Origin: Magallana gigas
Taxonomy: Eukaryota
DNA length: 64,000 nt
Direction of reading: 5' to 3'
Assembly: GCF_963853765.1 (NCBI RefSeq)
Contig: NC_088857.1
Coordinates: 34,720,001 to 34,784,000 of the forward strand
Part shown: positions 22,362 to 34,599 of the stretch, one piece after another
Position numbering within the stretch: the stretch's first letter is position 1
How the letters are laid out: each line of letters opens with the position of its first letter
The notes under the pieces: model-generated
What the model saw: the letters and a program-made list of their open reading frames with translations, nothing else
Database searches by the model: none
Told to the model about the DNA's origin: nothing
Made by a program: the position numbers and the translations under genes

Positions 22362-24442
22362 CAGTGTGGTTACTTTACAGTACATGTAAATACTTTAGGT
22401 GAATTTAATGAGTCTTGATTTTTCAAGGACGGGGGAGTTCCTGACATTCTTAATAAACCTCTAAATTTGCACTCAATTTTGTCCGTGAATTATGTTCGAA
22501 AATAGTATTAAAAATTTATTCGGGGGGGGGGGGGGTCTATCAATCTAGATTGAAGCACAGATCCTCGGGGTTTTTTTTTGCTTAATAAGCACAAAATATA
22601 CAACTGGACTTGGAGTAATTGCAAAAATTAAATCTTATAGGCCTATACATAATCGAGCATATTCTCATTGTGACGTCATTTACGCAGGTGCTGGTCATAC
22701 CACAATGCATCGACGCCACAGTTTCATATTTCCAGACATTCATAGTCAAGTGCGCATTTTTACTTTTCATGCAGTCGTAGATGCAAGGTTATCACTTTCA
22801 TTTGAATTGTTGTTTTTTTTATACAAAATTAACATTACATGTAACATTATTTAGTTGAAAAATGGTGATTTTAAATTATGAATTTGATAGCGTAAAATGC
22901 TATAAAATGCTATAATGGTGCTTATATACGCGTCATTGCTTCCCGGATTTATAAAACCATTTGGTGACTTTTCAGAAAAGAAATCTGTAGAGCAGAAATG
23001 GAAAAAAAGGGGGAAAACGTAAAAATTTTGCGCTTTTTTCAACAAATTCCCATAATCGGGAAGAGTCTAGTAATCGAACTTTTGGAAATGGGGGTTGTTA
23101 ACATTTTGTTGTTGTTGAAATTTATGGATATAGTTGTAAAACTACATGCAAGAAATTTCATCAAATATTTAGTGCGGAAATACTTTAATTAAACTTTAAG
23201 CATGTATTTTATGCTCTAGTTTAAGATGGTCGACTTTAGTTTTCACTGTGCATGTTTTAGAGCGCAATCTAGTAAAATACAGTGTATTGATCGATACTTT
23301 TTCAAAATTGTTTGTTTTCGATACTATATATGAAATTAAACTCAAATATCAAAATACAGATAAAAATATTTATATTCTGTAGAATTTTTTTTATATTATT
23401 ATTTCGATATTAGGTAGATAAGAGTTGCCATTGCGCTTTTATATGACGTTATGATAGTTTTTTTAATATTGTACGTAGGAGTGCGTTATAAATATTGAAT
23501 AGAAAAAAAAAACTTAAAAATTGTACGCCTTTGAAATTTTAAACACAGATTTCTGCTATTCTCATGGTTATTTCTCTTAATTTCGAAAATGAATCCATTG
23601 TTTATCAATCTTCATTTGTAATACTCTAGAGTTTTTACGATATGATATAGAAAATGGCAAAATCGCTTCTGCATGCACACTGTTATTTATTTGGTAGTTT
23701 TATAACCTGCGTCGAAGTGCGGAAATACACTGAATTTCCTATATTAATATATATTCCTAGTCCCAAATAAATGCAATTTTTCTGGCTTTTATTTTACTTT
23801 GCTGCTATCAAAATCGTTAAAAAAGCTAAAGAAAAAAAAAATCAGATGTTTCGGATTATATGATATTCAGTCCTATCGTAAATGTACCTGTATTTTGAGA
23901 TAGCCCCTAAAAAGAACCCTATGATAGATTTTATCTAAAACTTCGCATATATATTAGAATTGGTGTGTTTAAAAAAGACAGAGCTTTGCTTTTGTAGTTT
24001 TAACACTAAAAACCAAATCGGCATCCCTAAGATGAGCAAAATTACGTTCGAAATGTACTTCTTTCACGCGATCGAATTAGTTATCCTCCCAATTAATATG
24101 AAATTTTCGCACCGGATGTCACGAATTGGTGACTTTTCGGAGTGGTTGTTCTGAAATTAACACTTTCTCCATCAAAGACATTGATTAAAGTTCTTTGTAA
24201 TATACACAGCTATCGAAACGTAAGTTTTATCGAATAGCGTATCCTTTCTAGCATGTGTCATTGTCATGGCGAGAAAAGAACGTTCGCTGGTTGACGTTGA
24301 AGAGGTTGAACAGTGCAGTAGACATTTTTTAGATACCATATGTAGCATGCACATTAGAATATGTAAAAGAATAAGGTTTGATAAACTATTGCTGGTACCT
24401 TTCTGTACAAGAGATTGATTCCCAATAAGTAATTATACAGTA

Positions 24443-24952
24443 TCGATCAGACCAATCCTAAATGTAACAAAAAGTAAACCCCAACTGAACTAAACCCTGG
24501 GTTTACTTTCGGGGTTAACTCTGGGTTAACTCCAAGTTTACTAGAATGGGCCCAGAGTAAACCAAGAGTCAACCCAAAGTAAACCCAGAGTGGACACCGA
24601 GAGTAAACCCCGATTAGAAGTAATACCCCTGAAAGCAAATGCTACCTGTGTATTAATTGGAATTTCAAGATTCGTCAGACTGAAATTAAGTACATGTATA
24701 TTGGCAACATACTTACTGCAGATATACAAGGGGCAGGATTTACAGGCAATAAGATGGTAAGACAAAGGCGGGTCTGCTTCACACTTCAGTGCATACAGTG
24801 GACCCCAAAAGCAAATCCTGAGTAAACGCAAAATAAACCCCGAGGAAATCCAAAGTAAACCCTAAGTGGACCCAAATTTTAAAAAAAGCAGACCCAGACT
24901 AAACCCGGGGTTTAGTTGGGGTTTCCTCTGGCGTTAGGTTTGGTCTGATCGG
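24443..24952. mobile_element. TA-flanked non-autonomous DNA transposon with internal ~11-bp subrepeats
   Basis: ta|tcgatcagacca ... tggtctgatcgg|ta; many agtaaaccc(a/c)g-like subterminal repeats. Confidence 0.75.
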
Positions 24953-24960
24953 TAATGTAC

Positions 24961-25112
24961 CATTTTTAACTGTTTTGTGGTAGTGTGTAAACTATATGTT
25001 TGATTCACGACCCTGGGTTTAACCTTACAAGATTAAGTCGAGTGTGGTTGCCTGGGGTTGTGAATCCCAAACTGTGGTATGATTTACATAACACCACAAA
25101 ACAGTTAAATTG
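24961..25112. repeat. ~150-bp imperfect foldback element
   Basis: tttaactgttttgtggt pairs with accacaaaacagttaaa; inner attcacgaccctggg pairs with cctggggttgtgaat. Confidence 0.75.
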
Positions 25113-25269
25113 TGTACTATGGAATATATCTGTTTTAACCATTTATTTGGCTATCAAATATGGCATGCCAAATTTCCAAAAATTAGCTGAAAATAGTTTC
25201 ACAGTTGATAAATAAAGTTTATTGACTGTTAACTATAGTTTACGAACTGTAAACTACAGTCAACCCTTG

Positions 25270-25332
25270 GCTTTGCTGTCTATGAGATTGATCAAACCGA
25301 TATATTTCTGTAGTCAGTCAGTAACAAACCTA
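25270..25332 (+). promoter_or_regulatory. Candidate non-coding first exon of NR-B
   Basis: Donor cta|GTAAGT at 25333. Acceptor ttacAG at 26132-26133 precedes the ATG exon. Inference only. Confidence 0.3.
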
Positions 25333-26161
25333 GTAAGTGTTTTGTTTTCCTGAGAACTATCAAGTGAGACATTTATTTCACAAGAAGCGATGATTTTCGA
25401 AAATCCATGTTAAAGTGGCCTTACATCTCGTCCAATTTAACAAAGGAGAACTCTTCAAAATTCTCATTCACACTTTTATAATTGTCTTTGAAAATCTTTG
25501 CTGCATTTTTATTCACTTACAATGTTTTGTTGCTATTTTATCATAAAAGTTTTCCCGCTTTCCTCCGCAAAGGTTTTAGTAATCATTGATGCTGCCATTT
25601 ACACAATACAATAATGTGACATCAATTCAAAGGGCAACTACTCTAATTTTAAAGTAATTTCTAAGGGTAACTACTCCAAATATTTTAAGAACTTACAGAA
25701 CTAGGTTTCTGTACTAAATATTATGAAAAGCCGAGTTGATTAGGCGAAGCATCGACCAAATTGATGAAAATTAATTCTTACCAGACGGACATAGAGATAT
25801 ATTCTGCAGTAATGTGCCATGTTTAATCCAATAAGAGTGTGACATTTCAGATTCTCCTGCCTGTGTATCATAAACCCAAGGGGTGTGTAATAAAATTCAT
25901 ATCATATTGCCATATATACTTGAAAAATATACTCTTTTCAAATTCTAGGGTATTTTTTCAATTGAAATGAGCAGTCATATTCAAATGGAAGTATTCCTAG
26001 GTGGTAATTAATCAAACCAAATTTCTGCAAATGAAGAAAAAGAGATAATTTGAAAGTCCACGTGTATATGCATAAGTATTGAAACAGACTGAGTGTATTT
26101 ATGATTTATGTCTCTAAATCTCATTATTTACAGTTGTTTTGCTGAGATATAATGGAGTAAG

Positions 26162-29100
26162 ATGTTAGGGGAAGATGAACATCAAGAAAACAAGACAGCT
26201 TCCACAGATGAAAAAAAACAAAAGACAAAGAAAAAAAAAGCTGATTCCAAAGAACGGCTGACATTCCCTCCCTGTAAAGTCTGCTCGGGAAATGCTACAG
26301 GGATTCATTATGGAGTCCACACCTGCGAGCCTTGCAAGGTAGATACATGTACTGGTACCTGTAATATAAAAAATTTAAGATGGTTTTTACACAACATTTT
26401 TTCTTTACATACTCCATACAAACTTGATGGTTCCTAGCTATCCTATTTTGAGCATTATATAAATTTATAAAGTGTGTAATTTGGGTTTACACATGTACAT
26501 GTATAAAATTGGATAGTACATTGTACATGTCCAGTAACATATTGGTGGTAAATACATGTATTGTACCAGGTCTGTAAGAAGTAACCACTGCTATAGGAAA
26601 AATTGCCTACCAATTGCCATATTGCGTATTCATATTTTACTTTCACATTAATCATGTTAATAGGTCAAAATTAATGATATGAGGTTAACACTGAAAACTA
26701 GCTTGGGGTTAAAAGTCTACTCTGATATTATTGATATTGTTAATAGTTTGTTAAATGAAATGTCAGGTATCTGTTTGAATGTACATGTATACATACAATA
26801 TATTGAGTGAAGACTTTAGTTTATTTAGTATCTGGAGTACACAAGGATTTAAACTCTGTGATAAGTAATAATAGAGAATGATGATTTCTGTCTACAATTG
26901 CTGTACCTTATTTGCAGGCCTTCTTCAGAAGAGCTATAACAGACAAAAACAAGTATGCCTGTCTGAAAGAAAATAGCTGTGAAATAACAGCACAGAAGAG
27001 AGGAAACTGCTCTGCCTGTCGACTTCAGAAATGCTTCGATCTTGGAATGTCAAAGAGTGGTCAGTTTCATGAAGCAATTGTAAAGATTTAAAAGCAATGA
27101 TAGATGATTTTTGGTTTGAAAGTATTGCTACATACAATAACCAATTAAGAATTAGAAATATCTTGATAGTTTAGCACTGTTTCAAACTATTCAGTTCATA
27201 TCTTGACCGTGTCCTTTTAAAGTAAAATATTGTATTGAGTACTTGTCATTTTTGAAAAGCTGTGAGACAAGGACGCTATACAATAGAGCTTCGGACAAAC
27301 ACCATTTTGGAGGTAAAGAGGCTGGCCAATAAGACAGCAGTAGAGGTATCGGTTGACAGCCAGAAAAACAAGCCAGCTAAACAGACCTGTCCGGACCCCT
27401 CGGCCAACACTGGACCATGTGACATGGAGACTGAGGAATACAGCCAATCAATGGGACAAAGTGTCCGCGGAGAAACATCAAGCTGTGACAGTGACATGGC
27501 TCTATCCCTTCTCTCAACCGATAACGGGTTGAACTCCCCAGACTGTGAGTTTATATTGATCATTATATTTTTTTTTCAGTCTGTTCTTAATTTTAAATTC
27601 TTTTATTTGACATATGAATTAAATCTGAGCCCCCTAACTCCTGCAAATCTTCAGTTTGTTAAATGAATCCAGTGAACAATTTTTTCTTTCATAACAATTA
27701 TTATAGTTTTAAAACTTCTTTTACAACATTAAAGAGGATTATTTATCCAAATACGATCGAGACACAAAAATGAAAAAAGGATGGAAACGCCTCCATGAAA
27801 TGATATACTTTTACTTCCTTTGGTTTCCTATCATGTTTATAACTTTTGATTTTGAATACAATGGGATTACCTGTAGGTAATCTACCACCGAAAAAGAAAG
27901 TTCGACTTCGTGACACGATTGATGTGCCGGAGGAATGTGTAATGACACCGGGCTCAAAGAGACTATGTCGGGTCAGCTGTGATGAACTGGCCATGGGTGC
28001 CGAAAATGTGACTCTGTCGGAGAGGCAAATTCAGTGCTTAATACAGACTTTGGTGAAAGCTCATGACACAATTTATCCCAACTTTAAGAAATACTTTGAA
28101 AAGGAGCACCAACAATACCTTGAAGAGAAGTTTCTTGTAAGTACTTTTTAAGCTATACTTTAAACCATATACTGTAAATGCATGACATAATTTCATATTT
28201 AACTAGACTAGTGATAAACTTGTTAGCGGTAAATACTAATTTGCAGTCAAGCAGACATTGATAATAACTATCAATTATTAATAGAGGCATTAAAATTTCT
28301 GGGTTTTAGCAGAAAATGTGTGTGATAAAGAGTCCCTCTTGGTTCTCACAAAATTTTCTTGCACATAAAACATTGGTTTACAGTACAGTCAAACCTCGTT
28401 ATCTCGAACTAGATGGGATTGGTTGAAAACATCGAGATATCCAGGTATTCGAGATATCAAGGGTAAAATACCTTAAGTTTAAGTGTTTGGGACTCAAAAT
28501 CCCTTCAACATCTCCATTGTATTTGAGATATCAGTGTTCGAGCTACCAAATTTACCAGTAACTGTATTTGTGTTATCGCTGCCTCTGAACTCGTCCAGTA
28601 TATATATAGGAGTGTAGGGTCTGGAGTGCTGTAGCCACCAGGCTGAAGATTGGTCACTTGTACTAATTTTTTGGGGGGTTTTATAGGCTTCAAAGAAGGT
28701 ACAAGAAGATGTTTTTGGAATCAAGAGTCTGCTGGATAAGGAAGAGTTTGAAAAGGTGTACCGGGCCACTGGTATAGATGTGGACGGTAGGCTGGAGTTC
28801 ATAAAAAAGATCTTCAGCCACCGAGAGAGGTCCCTGATGAAGTTCATCACGTTCGCTAAATGTTTGGAGGGCTTCAACACTCTGAGTATGAATGACAAAA
28901 TCAACCTTGTCAAATGTGAGTTATGTACATCTCTAGACAGATGGTATTTGAATTTTTTGCAATCTTATGTTGTCTATATTAAGAATAACAAGTTTTATTT
29001 TCATTGTATACTATGGAAACATCAGTGCCATCGATGGCTCAATCATAGTTTTTGTATTTTCTAAATAGAATGTGTAACTATTTAAACCTGAACAATTTTC

Positions 29101-29836
29101 ATTCTTACAAATTTGGTAAACTTTACTAGTATCTGTAACATCGTGTATTTATAAGCAAAAGCTTTTTTTACACTAGGAGTGTATAAGTAGTCAGTCACTG
29201 AATTACGGTAGATTCCTAATTAAACGCAAGGAATTTATATCCACTGAAATCGTCTGGCAGATTTTAAAATTTTGCTTTTTTTAGGACATACCGGTATGTA
29301 AAATTAAATAAAACTATGCTATTAACAATTTGGCTGAGTGACTCAACATTTGATGCAAACTTGTTGAATCGTGGAATTCTACAGACTACTACATCATGTC
29401 TAAGCAGTTTGATTTCTGCAAAAATCATTTGCCCTCCCCCCACACCACCAAAGAAATCAAAAATGCAGAACACTCAAATTGCTTGCTCTCAGAGAAGAAA
29501 TCAAAGCCTTGGATGCATGAGAAAATATTACAGTATATTGGGAAAAGTTATCGCAATATTTCAGACTTACAGGTAATTTGATCTTGTTTTCTCAGATGGG
29601 GAGCATGAATATTGGGTTCTTGGACATTTTACACACTATCATCCTGAAATAAATGCTACTATTGGACACGAAATCCAGGTTTCATTGGAAAATAATGAAA
29701 AAATATTTGGAAAACCTGCTTCAGAGGAGCTGTTGAAAATGTTCTGCACATTGAAAGATATGGACTTAATGTATCAAGAGGTCATTATTCTCAGAGGGAT
29801 TGTTCTGTTTTCAAGAGGTAAGTTCCTTGCTCTATT

Positions 29837-29885
<49 letters not shown>

Positions 29886-30595
29886 ATTTTGTCTGTCGTC
29901 TGTCTTTCTGTCCGTAAACTTTTCACATTTTCAACACCTTCTCAAGAACTACTGGGCCAATTTCAACCAAACTTTGCACAAATCATCCTTAGGCAAAGGG
30001 GATTCAAAGTTGTGAAAATAAGGGCCACACCCTGTTTCAAGGGTTTTACATAGGAATATATAGAGTAAATCTTTAAAAATCTTCTTCTCAGAAACTTATC
30101 AGCCAGGAAAGTTGAAACTAGTGTGGAGGCATCCTCAGGTAGTGTAGATTCAAAGTTGTGAAAATCATGACCCCCAGGGGTAGGGTGGGGCCACCATTGG
30201 GGGTCGAAGTTTTACATAGGAATATATAGAATAAATCTTTAAAAATCTTCTTCCCAGAAACTAATCAGCCAGATGATTTTTTATAATTGTTAAGACTTTG
30301 GCTCCAGGACAATTCTTCAGCCTCACAAGAAGGTTCAGAGTTTGATGTAGCTTTATATCTCCTATGTATATATAAGCAATTGTTAAGGAGCTATTTGAGA
30401 ACTGCAATACTCAACATATGATATGACTATAAAATCATCCTGTTAGAAAACGGACTAATGATTATAAACATAAGAATATCCAGGGGAAAAAATGGATTTT
30501 ATTTATACAGGATCTATGTGTATTATTGTACTTTGTCCAGATAGTTTGTATTATGACTCCATTAAGCTGATTTTATCATACTTATTGTTCCTCAT

Positions 30596-30626
<31 letters not shown>

Positions 30627-31599
30627 CTTTTTTTGGACATATGAACAGATCATTGCTATTTTGCATCTTTGGCACTCCTCTTCTATACAAATATATTGTA
30701 TGTTGGTCCTCAAGTGGAATTGGGATTAATATTGAACAATTTGAATTTTATATTTACCATATTTACCTGGTAATCAGAGGTAATGTTAAAAAATGTTTAT
30801 TCAATATAACTTTATCTTGGATTTACCAGTGCTAAACTGGTTCACAAAGACTAGCTTTGCCAATGCATGAACCCATGTACACTGTTTATTATCTAAAAGA
30901 ATAAAACTGACATCAAATGCCAACATACTGTCTAGTAACGGTATATATGTAGTATAAAAGTTGGTTTACAAAAAATTCCTCTTTGTATTATTATGTTACA
31001 TTCTGTAAATCTCTGCTATATTTTATGCCCCACTAAAAACTGTTTTGGCCTTGTGCTATCCTTCTTTAACCATCGAGCCATACATGCAGTGCATGTAGCC
31101 TAAATGTAAGCAGGGTAATGGTGTTACACCAACCACTTCAACCCCTTGTGTCTGTACTGGACAGCTTTGTAGTACAACACCTGTCTGATTTCAATTATCC
31201 ATTGATCTCCTTGGCAATTCTAATTCTGATAAACTATGATATACCGGTATTCTACATGTATAATATTCAACTCAGATACTCCATTGTATCATTTTAGCAA
31301 ATGAGATGAATCTCTTGATTTCAGATCGCTGTGAGTTAGAATCTGCTCCCTTGGTTGAGTCGGTCCAGTGGAAGTTAATCCAGTGTCTACAGTACCTTGT
31401 GGAGCACTTCCATCCGGAAGAACCCAGGAAGTTTTCTCAGTGCCTTCAGCTACTCACAGACCTGCGTGACGTAAGTGAGCAACATCAGCAGAGGACCATT
31501 AAAGGCCAGTACGACGACTACACAATGGACATCATAAAGGACCATCCCCTCATTTACGAGGCCCTCGAAGATTCCATGTCATGTCTGAAGACTAGCTGA
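26162..31599 (+). CDS. Nuclear receptor NR-B, divergent NR1-like, 529 aa, P-box CEPCKA
   Basis: Exons 26162-26338, 26918-27059, 27260-27544, 27877-28136, 28687-28915, 29596-29817, 31325-31599; GT-AG, 1590 nt in frame. DBD CKVCSGNATGIHYGVHTCEPCK|AFFRR..CLKENSC..CSACRLQKC..GMSKSAVRQGRY. LBD FAKCLEGFNTLSMNDKINLVK; H11 DLRDVSEQH; H12 PLIYEAL. Confidence 0.93.
28384..28566. mobile_element. Degenerate Tc1/mariner(pogo)-type MITE
   Basis: ta-cagtcaaacctcgttatctcgaac left end; degenerate gttcgag..actg-ta right end. Confidence 0.6.
29838..30626 (-). mobile_element. HINE (same family as 14845-16770), inverted, ~2 satellite monomers
   Basis: Both terminal boxes present in reverse: tttagctcacctgagctgaaagctcaagtgagc ... 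gatgtggcccatgggcctcttgtt. Located in the last intron of NR-B. Confidence 0.9.
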
Positions 31600-32218
31600 C
31601 AATATTCTGAGGATCGAGTCCTATTAAACAAGGGCATGTTGAAATCTTGAGAGTTTCGAAGACACTTTTTAAAAGATTTTTTCATAAATTTATTTTTGTT
31701 CAGCTTTTTTTATGCACATTTACATTTATTTGCTAACCATAGACAAATTTATAGTGATAGTTCTCAATGCCAAATATTCTGTCTCTTTCTGTTCATTTTC
31801 ATTAGTCCTTTAAGAGGAGCAAATCATTTTTCTGTCTCAATACATTCAGACTTCCAAAAATTTAAATGTATGTGCCATTACCAGTACATTCCAATTTGTT
31901 TTATTTGGCATGGTGCTACTGGTAATTGTCATGTTAATGGTTTGTGATGACATGTTAATTTATGATGACTAAAATTAATATTTTTGCCATGACAAACTGC
32001 ATGTTGAAGAAGGTGAATAAGATCCATATAAGTAAGAGGGATGCTGTTTCTCGATCAACCTGGAGTCATTTGAGCCAATCTCTTTTTGTTTATGGACATA
32101 ATTTTGCAGGATGTTAACTTTTTTGGAAATTTAATCTGGGTCTCTTCCACATAATTGTTGGAAAATGTTTATGTCATATCAGCCATACACTGAATCTGTG
32201 TTCAGGTATTGCGTAATT

Positions 32219-32412
32219 TACTGTGGAATCAATGTTCGTAGGTTGCCAAAATTTTCCTCGTTCATGGGAACATAATTTTGTTGGTGGTGTAATCAAGAAA
32301 ATTTTAATAAATATTTAAAAAATTATTGTATTAATAAGTTCATGGGGATGTAAAGGATTGTCCATGAAAGCCACGAACATTGGTCCCCCACGAACATGAT
32401 GATTCCACAGTA
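32219..32412. mobile_element. TA-flanked MITE in the probable 3' UTR of NR-B
   Basis: ta-ctgtggaatca ... tgattccacag-ta perfect TIR. Confidence 0.8.
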
Positions 32413-34429
32413 ATCTGTTTTATGACGGGTCATTTGACCACTGAAGTGTAAAACAATTATAATTGTTGAAATAAAATGAAATTTTTCTTCAATCTTTTGA
32501 TCCTTATATTTTGAATTGATTTTTAAGACTTATCTTGAATAAGGCCAAGATATAAGTGATTTCCTGTATGGATGCATGACAAAAAATTATTCCTTCAATT
32601 ACGGTACAAGTTGATTTGTTTATACAGTTATCAAATGGACAATCAAGTGTTTTTCTTCAATCTTTTAAAGACAAATTTAAATTACTTTGTGTCCTCTATG
32701 CAAAACATGTTTGATAATAAAGGACAGTGGCATATATGTATACTATAGAACCTGTAGTAGAATTACATTATCATACTGATATACAGAGTGAAATGCATAC
32801 ATGTATTTCATTTACCGCATTTGATCGGCATTTGGTTCGAACATGGTCAAGTCTTCCTAATAATAGAACCATTTTAACAAGAGCTTGGACTTTGGGTAGT
32901 TGTGTCAAACAGCAATGTGACGTAGGTCTGTCTATTTCATTGCTGGCCACTCAGCCATGGCTGTCTGAAATTAACAAGATTTGTCTCGCTTTTAAGCAAA
33001 GACTTCGCAATCGGTGCATATTTCGCTTGAAACCACGTCATTTTAACTTGTTTTGACGCATGAAGTAGATAGTTACATCCTACTGAAATTCCAAGGCCTT
33101 GTTAAAATGGTTCTAAATAAACATGTACATGTACCAGTATACAAGAGTAATTTGGGACCAGTAGTAACCAGTATCTCTTTCAGTGTAATTTTGTATGTTC
33201 AAAACAATTTTTTACTTTACAGAAATTGTTTATGTTCATTAATAAAACCCTGTATTCTTTCATTTATATGCCTTAATTTCTTAATTTAAAAATCATTCTG
33301 CAAAAGTATGGGTGAGAGATTAAAAGATATAACATTTAATGTATACAATCATGTATTTCTACTAGATAGAATGATGTGGTTGCATGTAGCTGCATTTTGA
33401 ATTAAAGACAATCCTAAGCTAGAAATGTTTCTTACACATACATACATAATTTGTTTGAAAACGCAATGTTGAAGCTTCCTATAGATGCTGCAATGGATAC
33501 AAATTAATACATGTACATGTAACTTGCATTGAATTAATTAGTAGAACCCATGACTCTGAGGTGAGATATATGCCACCCAAGGGATTCTTATATGTTAGTA
33601 AATTGGCTACACATATAAATAATATAACAATCTCTTGTCAATGAGTAATGGGTAGTCAGTTCCTTGTTTTATTTGATTGGATATCTAAAAGTGCATGGGG
33701 TTGCTTTATTTTTATTGTACAGTATTATCTTAACCCCATGACTCCAATTTATTTTAAATATTTCATGCAAAAGAAAACATGGACAGAGAATATACAATAA
33801 CTGGTATAGCAGTTCACTGAATTTCAAGGTTGAACAGCATTTATCTGTTGTACATTCTCCACGTATGTGTTTTCCATTGATAACAAATCTTTCTCCTGTT
33901 ATATTTTGTGCTTCATCAAGACTGGCTGATACATTTTGTGCCAAAATTGCTTTTACCAATTACATTCCTACAGAAGATGATTATAATTACCACTGTTTGT
34001 TTTTCTATGCAATTGTTAAAGTCATGTTTTCATCAAGAAGTGAAGAATTCTATTTCATATTAAAATTTTGTACAGATGACCATAAATGAATGATTTTGTT
34101 ATTAGCAAATCTGAATGCTGTTTTGTATGGTTTAAGTACACTTTCTTTTTAATGCATGTACATACCTATTGACTTATACTATGAAAATTAAAATGTTATT
34201 GATTATATATAATTATATATGTACATGTATAGTAATGTAATTTTGTCCCATGATATATTTCACTGAGTTATAAACTCTAATTGATTTTATCTTATTTTCA
34301 AAATAAAATATACATGCATGTAGCGGTAACATAACATTGATTTCTTATTTTGAGTATAAGCTCAGTCTTGTCTGCCAGAACCATGAACAAGATGTTATGC
34401 CAACTGTTAATCAGAAAAGCAAGGAGCAA

Positions 34430-34432
34430 CAT

Positions 34433-34463
<31 letters not shown>

Positions 34464-34564
34464 GTCCGAAGGATAATTGTGTTTGCCAGGGGGGGTCCGA
34501 GGCATATTTTCGCGATAATTTTACTATGTAAATTTAATAAATTTTCATTTTCCAGGGGGGGTCG

Positions 34565-34599
<35 letters not shown>
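34430..34599. mobile_element. 170-bp MITE with CATGCGCGGATC TIRs and 5-bp duplication
   Basis: agcaa|catgcgcggatc ... gatccgcgcatg|agcaa. Confidence 0.85.

Noticed and set aside
26918-27059. Direct PPAR orthology from the DBD sequence
   Set aside because: D-boxes have five residues (CLKENSC, CNKGDKC, CAKDKNC) rather than PPAR's three, and the P-box is not CEGCKG. Only the synteny hint remains.
28494-28913. 139-aa minus-strand ORF
   Set aside because: Antisense shadow of NR-B exon 5 plus a MITE; no recognisable protein. The same applies to 21363-21662, 19479-19703, 39813-40043 and 56831-57058.
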